Assembly (NCBI GenBank): GCA_022709405.1
Contig: JAKLIV010000004.1
Location: 6,652-70,651, forward strand
Length of the DNA: 64,000 bases
Origin: Spirochaetota bacterium
GTDB taxonomy: Bacteria > Spirochaetota > UBA4802 > UBA5550
Direction of reading: 5' to 3'
Of this stretch, positions 6,308 to 15,829 are shown piece by piece (within the stretch, counting starts at the first letter, position 1; the number at the start of each line of letters is the position of its first letter). The notes under the pieces are model-generated. The model was not told the origin of the DNA. It made no database searches and was given only the letters and a program-made list of their open reading frames with translations. The position numbers and the translations under genes are program-made.

Positions 6308-7928
6308 CATCTTCGACATCGCATCGCGCGAAGGGGCAAAACGCTTTGAGCGACTCGATTTTCTCGCCTGGTGCGAACGGTATATCAGGCTTGTCATCGG
6401 CGGCGAGCTCGCCGCCTTCTCACTCGACGGGCACCCCGATCTGTATGAGATGTACACCCTTCCCATGGCACCGCGCGAGACGCACCAGAAGGCGGCCCAG
6501 CGCGGGATCTCCACGTACTGCCTGCTCAGGGTGCTCTGGCTCCTTGATCGCATGGCGATGAAGGCGTCGTATTATTTCCCTACCGACGACGATGTTAAGG
6601 ATTTTTCCCAGGACCGGGCGAACCCGATCATCGATAATTCTGAATACCTGTCGGCGAAGATGCAATACGACAAGGCCGATAACCTCGGGTTAAAACAAAT
6701 CGGGCTGTCGTCTTTATATTTCAGGGGAGTATGGAGCAAGCGAAAGGTCAAATCAATCGATGCCGACATCATCATCAAGGACGAGCTGGACGAGGCCGAC
6801 CAGGAGAACATGATCTTCGCCGAGGACCGTCTGCTGCATTCGATTTTCAAGTACATCATCGAACTGTCGCAGCCGTCCCGGCCCGATTTCGGGATCAATA
6901 AAAGCTTCAAGAAATCGGACCAGCGGTATCTCATGATCAAGTGCCCGGCCTGCGGCCGCTGGAACAATGTGGTTGAGAGTTTTCCAAAGAACCTTTTTTC
7001 CTCGGGTAAAGGCGACCGGTTTAAAGCATGGATCGGGTGCACCAGGTGCAAGCGTGACCTCAATATGAAGACGCTCAGCCTGAAACGCATCGAATGGGTG
7101 CCGAAACATCCGGAACGCAGCAAAGACCACCGGGGATGGCAGGAATCACAGTTGTTCAGCTCGACGGTCGACGGGAAATTCATCTATGACAAGTTCACCG
7201 GCGCGGTGCTGACATCCGAAAAAAAGAATTTCTGGATTTCAATTGTCGGCGTTCCTTATCGTGACTCCGAGCTGTGCCCTATCACCGAATCGCTCATCGA
7301 ATCGATGCAGGGCGACCGGGGGTTTGAAAAAAGCGCCATGAGTTCATTCATGGGAATCGACGTCGGGGACATATGCCATGTGGTGGTTCTGGGCTGGACC
7401 GGGTACCGGCTGCGGGTGATCCACCTGGCCGAAGTGCTGGCCGACGACGAAAAGGGGTTTTGCGATCTCATCGAGACGTATAAAAGCTATTTTGTCATCG
7501 ACGCCATGCCGTACAAGAACCTGGCAAAACGGCTCGCACTCAGGTACCGCGGATGGGGAGCGATCCAGTATTTCAAGGGCGAGGCCCTGCGGGAGAAGAC
7601 CGAGGGTGAGGGAGAATACGAGGTCGCCGTGGTCATGCATGACCGCACCGAGTCGATCGATGAGATGGTCGACATGGCCAGGGAGGGGTTTTTCGTATTG
7701 CCCGACCCTAAAAAAATGAAACCACACGAGCTTGAGCTGTATGAACGGTTCGTCTTTCAACTCAAAAATCTTGAAAAAGAGAAGATCATGGATAAAAGCG
7801 GATACGAGAAAAGCATTTATAAAAAGAACGTGGCCAACCATTTCGGTATGGCGTTGAACTCGGCGTTCATCGCGTTCAGGACCGGCCGCGGACATTTCTG
7901 TCCAGACGTCGATCCAGTCGTGGTGTGA
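6294..7928 (+). CDS. Terminase large subunit, GpA-like
   Basis: Walker-A-like KAAQRGIST (compare the lambda gpA K-S-A-x-x-G-x-S/T motif). A zinc ribbon is present: CPACGRW…CTRCKRD. The GTG 6294 start follows GGGAGAAG, and the upstream in-frame extension is R/S-rich. Confidence 0.85.
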   Translation: MTGINIFDIASREGAKRFERLDFLAWCERYIRLVIGGELAAFSLDGHPDLYEMYTLPMAPRETHQKAAQRGISTYCLLRVLWLLDRMAMKASYYFPTDDDVKDFSQDRANPIIDNSEYLSAKMQYDKADNLGLKQIGLSSLYFRGVWSKRKVKSIDADIIIKDELDEADQENMIFAEDRLLHSIFKYIIELSQPSRPDFGINKSFKKSDQRYLMIKCPACGRWNNVVESFPKNLFSSGKGDRFKAWIGCTRCKRDLNMKTLSLKRIEWVPKHPERSKDHRGWQESQLFSSTVDGKFIYDKFTGAVLTSEKKNFWISIVGVPYRDSELCPITESLIESMQGDRGFEKSAMSSFMGIDVGDICHVVVLGWTGYRLRVIHLAEVLADDEKGFCDLIETYKSYFVIDAMPYKNLAKRLALRYRGWGAIQYFKGEALREKTEGEGEYEVAVVMHDRTESIDEMVDMAREGFFVLPDPKKMKPHELELYERFVFQLKNLEKEKIMDKSGYEKSIYKKNVANHFGMALNSAFIAFRTGRGHFCPDVDPVVV

Positions 7929-10555
7929 ATATGGGACTGATCAATAATATTCGGGGAATGTTCGGGCGAACGATGGTTGCACTGGGAGACGGTTACGTCC
8001 CTGCGCGTCGCGGGTCGCTGGCCGACGAACTGGGAACCCTTCAGAACACGATGGTGTTTTTTTCGAGCGAGTATTTTCGCTTTATGGACATCCTTTCGTG
8101 GCTGTCGGTGTACAACCGCGACGTGAGTCAGACCGTCAAGAAGATCGTGCACCTGGGCAACGTGGGGCATTCCCTGGAGTTTTCAGGGTCCGAGAGGGCA
8201 TGCGAGTCGGCGGCGGACGAGCTTTCTGAATTCGCCCGGTTGCGGTTTCCGAACAACGCCGGGGCCGACGGTTTCATCAACCAGCAGTTCAGGCAGATCA
8301 TCGTCAAAGGCGCGCTGTGCATGGAGGCGGCCCCGTCTCCGGGGTTGAACGAGATATCCGAGGTATACCTCGTAAAGAACAACACCATCAGGTTCAAATG
8401 GAACCGGGATGAACGAGCGTACAAACCGTTCCAGCTTTTCGGCGTTGAGGAAATCCCCCTGAATGAGGAAACATTCTCGTATATACCGCTGTACGCCGAT
8501 GATGAGAGCCCATACGCGATATTGCCGTTTGTGGCTGCGCTGCGGGACATCATCCGCCAGGAGAAACAGTGGCTCAGCATCGACGAGTTCACCGATCGGT
8601 GGGGAATCCTCGGGCTGGTGCACATGGTATTTGACCTGAAGAGAGGCATGAGCGAATCTGAAAATGAGTTCAGACAGCGGGCCGAATCGCAGATGCAAAA
8701 ACGGATTGCGGCGTTCACCGATAAAATGAAATACGGGGTAATCGGCACCGCGAAAGACACGGAGATAAAACACAGCAACGTGTCAAAAAATATCGGCCAG
8801 ATGAAGGAAATCATGCAGTCGACCCACCAGGGCATCACATCGGGCCTCGACATCGACCCGGCGATCCTCGGATACACATACTCGACGACCGAGACCTACG
8901 CCGAGATGGTGTACATGACACTGGTGAACCAGATTCAGAACATCTGGCGCATCATCAAGCGCGGCAATGAATTTGTGTACAACCGACACCTGGCGCTTCG
9001 GCGAATTCCGGTCACCTGTTCGATGCAGTCGAAGACTCCGCCGTCGCTCAGTAAAAAAGACGATGCAGAGGCGAAAAAAATAGACCAGGAACTGGTGCTC
9101 GAGCGAAAGCGTGAGGGGATCATCTCCCCCGACCAGGCCGCTATGGAGCTCGGGTATGACGGGGCTTACAACCAGGATGGATCACCGGCCGGAAGCGGCG
9201 GTTTTAACCGCCTTCGTTTCGACTATAACCGGGAACGGGGAAGGTATGAATTCACCAGGCCGTTTGTGTCCCTGGCGAAAAAAAAAAGCGATGACGCCGA
9301 CTATTCCCGTGTCGTTGAGATAGAAGACGCCTACGCGGCGGAGTTCTTTGAAATCTATAAAGTGAAATACGGCGAGTTTCTCGCCGGTATCGAGGCGCAT
9401 TTTTCCAGCGACGATGTCGCTGCAGCGATCATGGCGGCCATGGAAGAGACGATGGGAGCCAAGCTGCCGGCAGCGGCGAAAGAAACGATCGCGACATGGA
9501 CGAAGAAATCATATGAGATGGGTCTCGGCCAGAAGTGGGACGACGACAAGTGGAAGGTGACCGACAGGGCGGCCCTTGATTTTTTCAAACGGCACGATCA
9601 GCATTTCTTCGGCAAGCAGTTCGAGCATTATTCGGATGATATGCGCACGGTCGTCGAAGACGAGCTGAAGGGCATCAGCGCCTATACCCCGGAAGTGAAA
9701 GCGCGAATGAAGGAGAAGCTCGGCGACGCGTTTGAGCACCCGTATGTGAAAGACTACTATGACCTGTGCATCCGCAACGCGGTGAACAAGTCGAGGAATT
9801 ACGGCAGGACCTTCAAATATGAACGACTGGGGATCGCCGAGATCGAGGTTGTCGCGGTCCTTGACAAAAAGACTTCCCTGATATGCCGCACCATGAACGG
9901 GCGGCGGATCGAGGTCAAGATGCTGGCCGATTACGTGCGTGAGACGCTTGAAACGCCGATGGACGAACTGACCGAAAAATTCGCCTGGCCGACCGAGGCG
10001 GAAGCCAGGGATTACGCGGGGATGTCGACTGGCGATATCATGGGAAAAATCAAATGCAAGTTACCGCCATATCACGGGCGGTGCAGGACCACGACGATCA
10101 TTTCGAAAAAAGTAACGGTGAAGAAATCGAGAGGGGGAAACTTTTCAGGGACGCTGTCATTCAACAATAAAAATGAGCAGGCCAAGAAACGGGGACAGCA
10201 ATTGAAAAACCTGACCAGGGACGAGTTGCTCGGTAAAATGGATTCCCAGATCAGAACGAGCTGGTGGGATGAGACTGTTAAGGAATGGCCTGACGGAACG
10301 ACACAGTCAAGTTATAATTATCATAAAAAAAAGCATGACCGATTCTTCATCAAAAATGAAGGCGGTTTTGATAAGGCTCTAAAAAATATATTGTCTAATT
10401 ATGATAAAGTATATACCTTTGGTGAAACACCCGAGTGGATTTTTTATCGAAATGATTCAGCGGCGTATTTACATATTTCAAACAGAGGAACACGATTGAC
10501 TTTTCATAAGTATCGACGTTTTATACCAACGGAGTCGATGGTTGAAATAAAATGA
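7925..10555 (+). CDS. Portal protein fused to a MuF (SPP1 gp7-type) head-morphogenesis domain, plus a ~160-aa basic C-terminal extension
   Basis: The N-terminal ~460 aa is portal-like by size and position. The MuF hallmarks are …VLDKKTSLICRTMNGRRI… and …PPYHGRCRTT…. The extension runs from ~10070 and has low GC. Confidence 0.75.
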   Translation: MNMGLINNIRGMFGRTMVALGDGYVPARRGSLADELGTLQNTMVFFSSEYFRFMDILSWLSVYNRDVSQTVKKIVHLGNVGHSLEFSGSERACESAADELSEFARLRFPNNAGADGFINQQFRQIIVKGALCMEAAPSPGLNEISEVYLVKNNTIRFKWNRDERAYKPFQLFGVEEIPLNEETFSYIPLYADDESPYAILPFVAALRDIIRQEKQWLSIDEFTDRWGILGLVHMVFDLKRGMSESENEFRQRAESQMQKRIAAFTDKMKYGVIGTAKDTEIKHSNVSKNIGQMKEIMQSTHQGITSGLDIDPAILGYTYSTTETYAEMVYMTLVNQIQNIWRIIKRGNEFVYNRHLALRRIPVTCSMQSKTPPSLSKKDDAEAKKIDQELVLERKREGIISPDQAAMELGYDGAYNQDGSPAGSGGFNRLRFDYNRERGRYEFTRPFVSLAKKKSDDADYSRVVEIEDAYAAEFFEIYKVKYGEFLAGIEAHFSSDDVAAAIMAAMEETMGAKLPAAAKETIATWTKKSYEMGLGQKWDDDKWKVTDRAALDFFKRHDQHFFGKQFEHYSDDMRTVVEDELKGISAYTPEVKARMKEKLGDAFEHPYVKDYYDLCIRNAVNKSRNYGRTFKYERLGIAEIEVVAVLDKKTSLICRTMNGRRIEVKMLADYVRETLETPMDELTEKFAWPTEAEARDYAGMSTGDIMGKIKCKLPPYHGRCRTTTIISKKVTVKKSRGGNFSGTLSFNNKNEQAKKRGQQLKNLTRDELLGKMDSQIRTSWWDETVKEWPDGTTQSSYNYHKKKHDRFFIKNEGGFDKALKNILSNYDKVYTFGETPEWIFYRNDSAAYLHISNRGTRLTFHKYRRFIPTESMVEIK

Positions 10556-10893
10556 GCACTTACGGCAACAGCCCATATGATTACATTGATCTTTTCAAAG
10601 ATCGTTTACTCTATGTCGGCAAGCAATTTGATTCCGAAACCCAGCAAATTGCCGATGCCCGACATGACTTTAACGATGCGGGTTTTACTCTAATCGATGA
10701 GATTAAAAAGATCGATGAAGAAATAATCAAACGAGCTGGAGAATTAGGAAAATATATTCATGATGAAGACCATTATGATGATGAAATGAAATCGTTCTGG
10801 GCCTGGAACCCGGACAAGATCGCTGAAGGGAAGTTTCCCCTTGAAAAGATTCCGGACCACGTCCGTACTCTGGCGAAGGAGCTATATTATTGA
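10552..10893 (+). CDS. Acidic hypothetical protein (113 aa); candidate immunity partner of the MuF C-terminal module
   Basis: ATGA overlap with the upstream gene. It is D/E-rich (…YIHDEDHYDDEMKSFW…) and shares the same low-GC composition. Confidence 0.5.
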   Translation: MSTYGNSPYDYIDLFKDRLLYVGKQFDSETQQIADARHDFNDAGFTLIDEIKKIDEEIIKRAGELGKYIHDEDHYDDEMKSFWAWNPDKIAEGKFPLEKIPDHVRTLAKELYY

Positions 10894-10911
10894 CGCGATA
10901 AAAGGCCATTT

Positions 10912-10932
10912 TTCCGGGGCCGACCCCCGGAA
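10912..10932 (+). terminator. Hairpin after the low-GC cassette (no U-tract)
   Basis: TTCCGGGG (10912-10919) pairs with CCCCGGAA (10925-10932), 19 nt after the stop codon. Confidence 0.3.
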
Positions 10933-11159
10933 TGACACAACGGTAGCCAAAGGAGTTTTTAAACAGTTTTAAACACGTTTTATAAAGCCTGACGGCCCCC
11001 TCAGCAAGGGCCACGGAGTCGGGCAAGCATGACACAGCCGATATTCCTGAAATTCGACCTCCGGTGGGGCGGTTTTCAGGGATACCGGCTTTTTTTATGC
11101 CTGGATAACGGCCAGACCCCGGACATCCTGACAGGGGGATAAAACGCGAGGTGATTATA

Positions 11160-12392
11160 ATGACTGAACGGTTGAAACAGTTGTTCGCGCAACTCAAAGC
11201 ACAGGGACTCACCGTCGATGACAGACGGTGCATGGCGTCATTCAAATTGAAAGGCAGCTTCGAGGGCGCTTCGGCCCCCGGCGCGGAAGGGGCCGTTTCG
11301 ATGAACGAGGATGAAAATCACTTTTACGCCGATTTCAGGGCGCTGTCGGCAATCGTTATCACCGATTATTCAATCGACCTGACGAACAAGGACGTTCTGA
11401 AAAAATCATACAAGCTCCTGAAGGGGCAGACCATCTATAAAAACCATGAACTGGATGTAGATGAATGGGTCGGGGTCGTCGCAAAGACATGGTGGGACGA
11501 ATCGGAAGCAGTCCCTCCGGGAGTCAATTGCACCCTGAAGATCAACAAGAAGTGGAACGAGAAGACAATCGACGGCATCAGGGAAGGCGCGATCCATTCG
11601 GTTTCGACCACGATTTACTTCGAGTATAAAAAGTCCCATGAAATGCCCGACTTCTGGTTCAGGATGGGAGAGGATATAAACGGCCAGATTGTCCGGCTGA
11701 TTGTAACGAAAATCATTTCGTATGGCGAGATATCCCTGGTATGGCACGGGGCCGACGGGTACGCCAGACGATTGACTGCCGAAGGGAAAGGCGGCCAGGG
11801 CCGCGAACCCGGCATAGAGAAAGATATCAACGGAGGTAAAACCGTGAAACTGACACGAACAATCGCAACCATGTTTATGCTCAACCTCGCGTCATACGGA
11901 TTTAATGCCGGTGCTCAGGAAGTTGAACTTGATGACGCCGGGAGCGTTATGCTCATGGGAGACCTTGCAAGGGCTTTCCAGGAGTTGAGACAGAAAAACG
12001 AATCTCTCTCGGGTATCCTGACTGAAACGCTGGGCGCTGACGTAAAACCGGACGATTACCGGAACACTCTGGCGGCAATGTCGGCGCAGGCCAAACTCGG
12101 AAAAAAATATCTCGACGACGTGCGCGCCGAAGCGCTGTCCCTGGCGAAACTCGCCGAGGGCAAGACCGACGACGAGAAGTTCGGCGAGAGCGCCCTGGGT
12201 AAAATGATCCAGAACGCGGACATCGAGACGGCTGTGCAGCTCGGGGACGACTACCGCATCAAGGCTGAGGAGAAATATCCGCTGTCATGCCCGCAATGCG
12301 GGGTAAAGCTTACCCGCGCAAGCGCGAAAATGGATTCAGGCGCGGCCCATGACGAGAGCGGCGGCCTGAATGTCGATAACTACAAAATCTAA
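11160..12392 (+). CDS. Prohead protease (HK97/S78-like) fused to a scaffolding-like C-terminus
   Basis: Candidate catalytic His and Ser contexts are …YKNHELDVDEWVGVV… and …GAIHSVSTTIYFE…. The C-terminal half is a long helical region ending in CPQCG. It lies between the portal and capsid genes. Confidence 0.55.
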   Translation: MTERLKQLFAQLKAQGLTVDDRRCMASFKLKGSFEGASAPGAEGAVSMNEDENHFYADFRALSAIVITDYSIDLTNKDVLKKSYKLLKGQTIYKNHELDVDEWVGVVAKTWWDESEAVPPGVNCTLKINKKWNEKTIDGIREGAIHSVSTTIYFEYKKSHEMPDFWFRMGEDINGQIVRLIVTKIISYGEISLVWHGADGYARRLTAEGKGGQGREPGIEKDINGGKTVKLTRTIATMFMLNLASYGFNAGAQEVELDDAGSVMLMGDLARAFQELRQKNESLSGILTETLGADVKPDDYRNTLAAMSAQAKLGKKYLDDVRAEALSLAKLAEGKTDDEKFGESALGKMIQNADIETAVQLGDDYRIKAEEKYPLSCPQCGVKLTRASAKMDSGAAHDESGGLNVDNYKI

Positions 12393-12403
12393 GGAGGACG
12401 ATC

Positions 12404-12781
12404 ATGGCGTTTGAAGTATCATTCGAAGGCATAAAGGATTCGGCGACTTTCCTTCTTTCGGGCATCACGCGCGGAACTGACGAAGGGAAAGTGGTCAAGC
12501 TCAGCGCCGCAAAGACCGTGTCGCTGTGCGCGGCCGAGAACAAGTTTTTCGGCGTGATAAAAACCATCGAGCCGGGCAACCAGATCGGCGGCGTGGAAGA
12601 GGCCGGGTATCAGAGGGTCCCCTACAGCGGCGCCGCACCGTCGGTTGGCCAGGAGGTCGAGCTCGTCGCGAACGGGACCGGAGGGGTCAAGACACCGGCG
12701 ACTTCCGGGACCGGCCTGTTATATCGCGTGGTTGAAGTCGACACCTCGACCGGCACGCTGGTATTGAAACTGAGAGGATAA
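12404..12781 (+). CDS. Head decoration/DUF2190-like protein
   Basis: A 125-aa Gly-rich beta-type protein sitting between the protease and major capsid genes. AAGGAGGA lies upstream. Confidence 0.45.
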   Translation: MAFEVSFEGIKDSATFLLSGITRGTDEGKVVKLSAAKTVSLCAAENKFFGVIKTIEPGNQIGGVEEAGYQRVPYSGAAPSVGQEVELVANGTGGVKTPATSGTGLLYRVVEVDTSTGTLVLKLRG

Positions 12782-12792
12782 GGAGGAGCATA

Positions 12793-13809
12793 ATGCAGAT
12801 TCAAAGAATAGCGCTGGGACGGGAGATGTATGACGAGGCCAAATCGCGGGGCCTGTCGTTTACCCAGGTCCTTTTAGAAAAAGCGAAGAAAGAGGGGAAA
12901 TTCTCCGATGAGGCCGCGAAACAGGGTCTTGAGAATGTCGTCCTGCAGCAGCTCGCAGCTCGAGACCTGCGCCTTTCGGGTGCGAACGTTTCACTGGTCG
13001 ACGATTTTTACCGCACCGAGGACAACAAGGTCCTTTTCCCCGAATATATCAACACGGTCGTTCGGATCGGGATGATGGAAGACCTGCCGCTTTTCGCTGG
13101 CCTGGCAGACATAAAGGCGACCAGCACGGGGATTCAGGGCATATCATATCCGGGGGCCGAGGTGGACCTCGACACCTCGACCGGCAAGGCAAAACGAGTG
13201 GCCGAGGGAATGGAATTCCCCGTCGTCCTCATCAAGTTTAAAAACAAGGAGATCAAACTCCGCAAAATCGGATATAAAATCCAGGTGTCATACGAGGCCG
13301 ACCGCCGTATGCCGCTGAATGTTTTTAACGTGACCATGAAGGTCATCGGCAGAAACATCACCAGGGAGAAGATCAACGGGGCGGTCGACGTGCTTATCAA
13401 CGGTGATGGAAACACAAACCCCATCGGTTCGATCAACTCGAACACGTCAGGCACGCTGGCCTACCGCGACATTATCAAGCTTAAATACGCGTTCAGGGAC
13501 TTCCAGCCGACCGGCATGATCGCACCGTCGCTTATGGCCGAGGCGTATGAAAACCTTGACGAGTACAAATCGAAAACCGGCCCCACTATGTCGGCACCGC
13601 CCAAAGTGTGCGACGGGGTACCGGCGAACAAGATCATCGCCCTGGACAAAGGCGCGGCGCTTGAAGAAGTGTACGAACAGGGCGGGAGCCTGGTCGAGGT
13701 CGACAAGGTCATCCAGAAGCAGCTTCACGACGCGGTCGTGAGCGAGGTGTGCGGATGGAGCAAGCTTTTTATCGGAGCGTCGAAGATGCTCAACGTGACC
13801 TGGAGCTAA
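12793..13809 (+). CDS. Major capsid protein
   Basis: 338 aa, strong AGGAGGAG upstream, and the canonical position after protease and decoration genes. Confidence 0.7.
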   Translation: MQIQRIALGREMYDEAKSRGLSFTQVLLEKAKKEGKFSDEAAKQGLENVVLQQLAARDLRLSGANVSLVDDFYRTEDNKVLFPEYINTVVRIGMMEDLPLFAGLADIKATSTGIQGISYPGAEVDLDTSTGKAKRVAEGMEFPVVLIKFKNKEIKLRKIGYKIQVSYEADRRMPLNVFNVTMKVIGRNITREKINGAVDVLINGDGNTNPIGSINSNTSGTLAYRDIIKLKYAFRDFQPTGMIAPSLMAEAYENLDEYKSKTGPTMSAPPKVCDGVPANKIIALDKGAALEEVYEQGGSLVEVDKVIQKQLHDAVVSEVCGWSKLFIGASKMLNVTWS

Positions 13810-13818
13810 GGGGGGCGT

Positions 13819-14208
13819 ATGGTTGAGGTAAAATTACATCCCGGAATCGCCCGCAGGGGCGGCGGTTTTTGCGACATTGACGGGAGGCAGGACATCCTGC
13901 CTCCACGGGACAAGAGCGGTTTCCCAGTGGTGGACCATGTGTTCACCCTGGAAATGACGCCCTTTGTTTCCCAGAAGATATCCACGGGAGAGCTGATCCC
14001 CGTCGGTCTTGAAAAAGGCGGACTGAAGAAGCTTCCCGTGTATGTGAACGGAGAGATGGTGTCTGAGGTCGCCATTTCAGAGGGCATGGCCGATGAGGAT
14101 ATATCACAGGCCCTGCTTATGGACGAGAAAGTGACCGGCGCGTGCGGAGATCGTGAGATCAAAAAGTTCAGCGTCGGGAAGGACGGCGTTGACATCAGGG
14201 TGAAGTGA
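13819..14208 (+). CDS. Hypothetical head-associated protein
   Basis: Intact ORF with an RBS in the head module. The stop overlaps the next start. Confidence 0.45.
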   Translation: MVEVKLHPGIARRGGGFCDIDGRQDILPPRDKSGFPVVDHVFTLEMTPFVSQKISTGELIPVGLEKGGLKKLPVYVNGEMVSEVAISEGMADEDISQALLMDEKVTGACGDREIKKFSVGKDGVDIRVK

Positions 14209-14603
14209 TGTTGAACGCGCCGGGAACAGTGAAGGAATACTGGTCGGCCGACGTCTTCGGCCTGGACAGCGCCGTATTCGACAGTTTTTTACAGCGCGAA
14301 TGCGACAACGCGTTCAGACGGCTGACGCGGTGGGTCGGCAGGGCGGCGATCGATGACGCCGCCCTGGAAACCCCCGGCGATCCGGAACGGGCCGAAGCAA
14401 TCAAAGCGGCCGAGATCGAGCTCATTCACATCCAGATGATCAACCAGCTCTGGCGTGATAAATGCGCCGGACAGGAGCGGGACATCCAGTTCCCCTCCGG
14501 CATGAGGATCACGCTCCAGGCGTTTACCGCTGAAGACTGCACAGGTTTGATTTCAGACCATGTCACACGGGCTGAAAGCATGGTCCTGGAGTATCTGGTA
14601 TGA
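14205..14603 (+). CDS. Head-tail connector (gp6-like) candidate
   Basis: Size, helical character and position after the capsid gene. Coupled to neighbours by ATGA overlaps. Confidence 0.4.
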   Translation: MMLNAPGTVKEYWSADVFGLDSAVFDSFLQRECDNAFRRLTRWVGRAAIDDAALETPGDPERAEAIKAAEIELIHIQMINQLWRDKCAGQERDIQFPSGMRITLQAFTAEDCTGLISDHVTRAESMVLEYLV

Positions 14604-15001
14604 GAAGAAAATCATTTATTGAAAACAAGATACGAAGGCAGGTCGATTTGAACGAGACAGGGTCGTTTATATTTTGCAGATTCACCGGTCATTCGCCGGA
14701 CGGCCCGCTGAATTCGGTCAGGTCGAATTCATATGATTACAGTTTGGTCGAACATTGCGGAACAAATCACCGGCGCGAGACAAAAGACGGCGCAGCCGGG
14801 GCCGATTTCGATTTCGATATCGAGATCGACGTCCTGATCTCGAAGCTCCCGATCGACCCTGATGCGATTGATGAACGCGACATGATCGTAATCGGCGGCG
14901 TTCTGTCAGGTGGATCAATTACCGGCGGCCGCTGGCACCGGATCGTTCGTTTCAACGCCCCGGATATTTTTGTGAAGATATACCTCAAAGAGGACCAATG
15001 A
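14600..15001 (+). CDS. Hypothetical head-tail joining protein
   Basis: Translationally coupled ORF in the connector block. Confidence 0.4.
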   Translation: MRRKSFIENKIRRQVDLNETGSFIFCRFTGHSPDGPLNSVRSNSYDYSLVEHCGTNHRRETKDGAAGADFDFDIEIDVLISKLPIDPDAIDERDMIVIGGVLSGGSITGGRWHRIVRFNAPDIFVKIYLKEDQ

Positions 15002-15447
15002 TGGGCTGCGAACTGACAGGAGACTGGGACAAGTTCCTGAACCTGAAAAACATCGAGTCGGCCATGCGGGAGCACATGGGTGACGCGCTTGAGCGGGGCG
15101 CGGAGCTTCTCAGGGGGAACGTGGTGAAATACATCCGAGACCAGAAAGGGAACTGGCCATCGCTTGCAGAATCGACCGTAAAACAGAAGGCGGCGAAGAA
15201 CCAGTCAGATCTGATTCTGATCGCCGAAGGGGATTATGCTACAAGCTTCGCCACCGACCGTAAATCGTGGGACGAGGTGCAGATGGGATCGAACCATCCC
15301 CAGAGCCGGGCGCTTGAATTCGGATATGAACCCGGCGGTCTCCCGGCCAGGGCTCACTTCTGGCCAGCGGTTGAAGAAGGGATCGATGAATATCTGAATG
15401 AACTTCAACAGGGCCTGGCAACAATGTTCCAGTCACTGATGAGATAA
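14998..15447 (+). CDS. HK97 gp10-family tail-completion protein
   Basis: The C-terminal …GGLPARAHFWPAVEEG… resembles the conserved ARPF(L/M)xPA motif of the HK97 gp10 family. Confidence 0.55.
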   Translation: MMGCELTGDWDKFLNLKNIESAMREHMGDALERGAELLRGNVVKYIRDQKGNWPSLAESTVKQKAAKNQSDLILIAEGDYATSFATDRKSWDEVQMGSNHPQSRALEFGYEPGGLPARAHFWPAVEEGIDEYLNELQQGLATMFQSLMR

Positions 15448-15468
15448 CCTTACGGAGGGGAAAATACA

Positions 15469-15798
15469 ATGAGTCTTAAAAACAAGGTGATCGGTTTTTT
15501 CTCGAACAAGTTTCTACAGATGGGGGTCATGATCGCATGCGCGATAATCCTGACAATTACGGTCGGCCTCGCCATCGGCGCATTGAATACGGTGCCGAAT
15601 GAGTTTCTCCCGCTCATTCAGTCGCTCGTCGTTTTCATGGTGCTGGGAATGATCTCCCTGCTTTTCCTGGTGCTGATGTTCGTTGTTCTCAGCGGTAAAA
15701 TCAACACTGTCATCACCAAGACTGAACGCGCGGTGACTGCGGCCATCGATAAGGTTGAAGCCTCGGCCGAGAAAGTTGCAGAGGCGACGAAAGTGTAA
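15469..15798 (+). CDS. Small integral membrane protein (moron-like) in the structural operon
   Basis: Two or three TM helices (…VMIACAIILTITVGLAIGAL…, …LVVFMVLGMISLLFLVLMFVVL…). GGAGGGG lies upstream. A dedicated terminator follows. Confidence 0.55.
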   Translation: MSLKNKVIGFFSNKFLQMGVMIACAIILTITVGLAIGALNTVPNEFLPLIQSLVVFMVLGMISLLFLVLMFVVLSGKINTVITKTERAVTAAIDKVEASAEKVAEATKV

Positions 15799-15829
15799 TG
15801 TGATGTAATACAGATTAAAGGTGCTATGC

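Noticed and set aside
5708-6553. 281-aa minus-strand ORF across the terS/terL junction
   Set aside because: It is entirely antisense to two well-supported + genes. The R/S/P-rich composition is typical of shadow frames in GC-rich DNA, and there is no RBS.
10727-11245. 172-aa minus-strand ORF spanning the head-module gap
   Set aside because: It overlaps the 3' end of the acidic ORF and the 5' end of the protease gene. It has a low-complexity sequence and no RBS.
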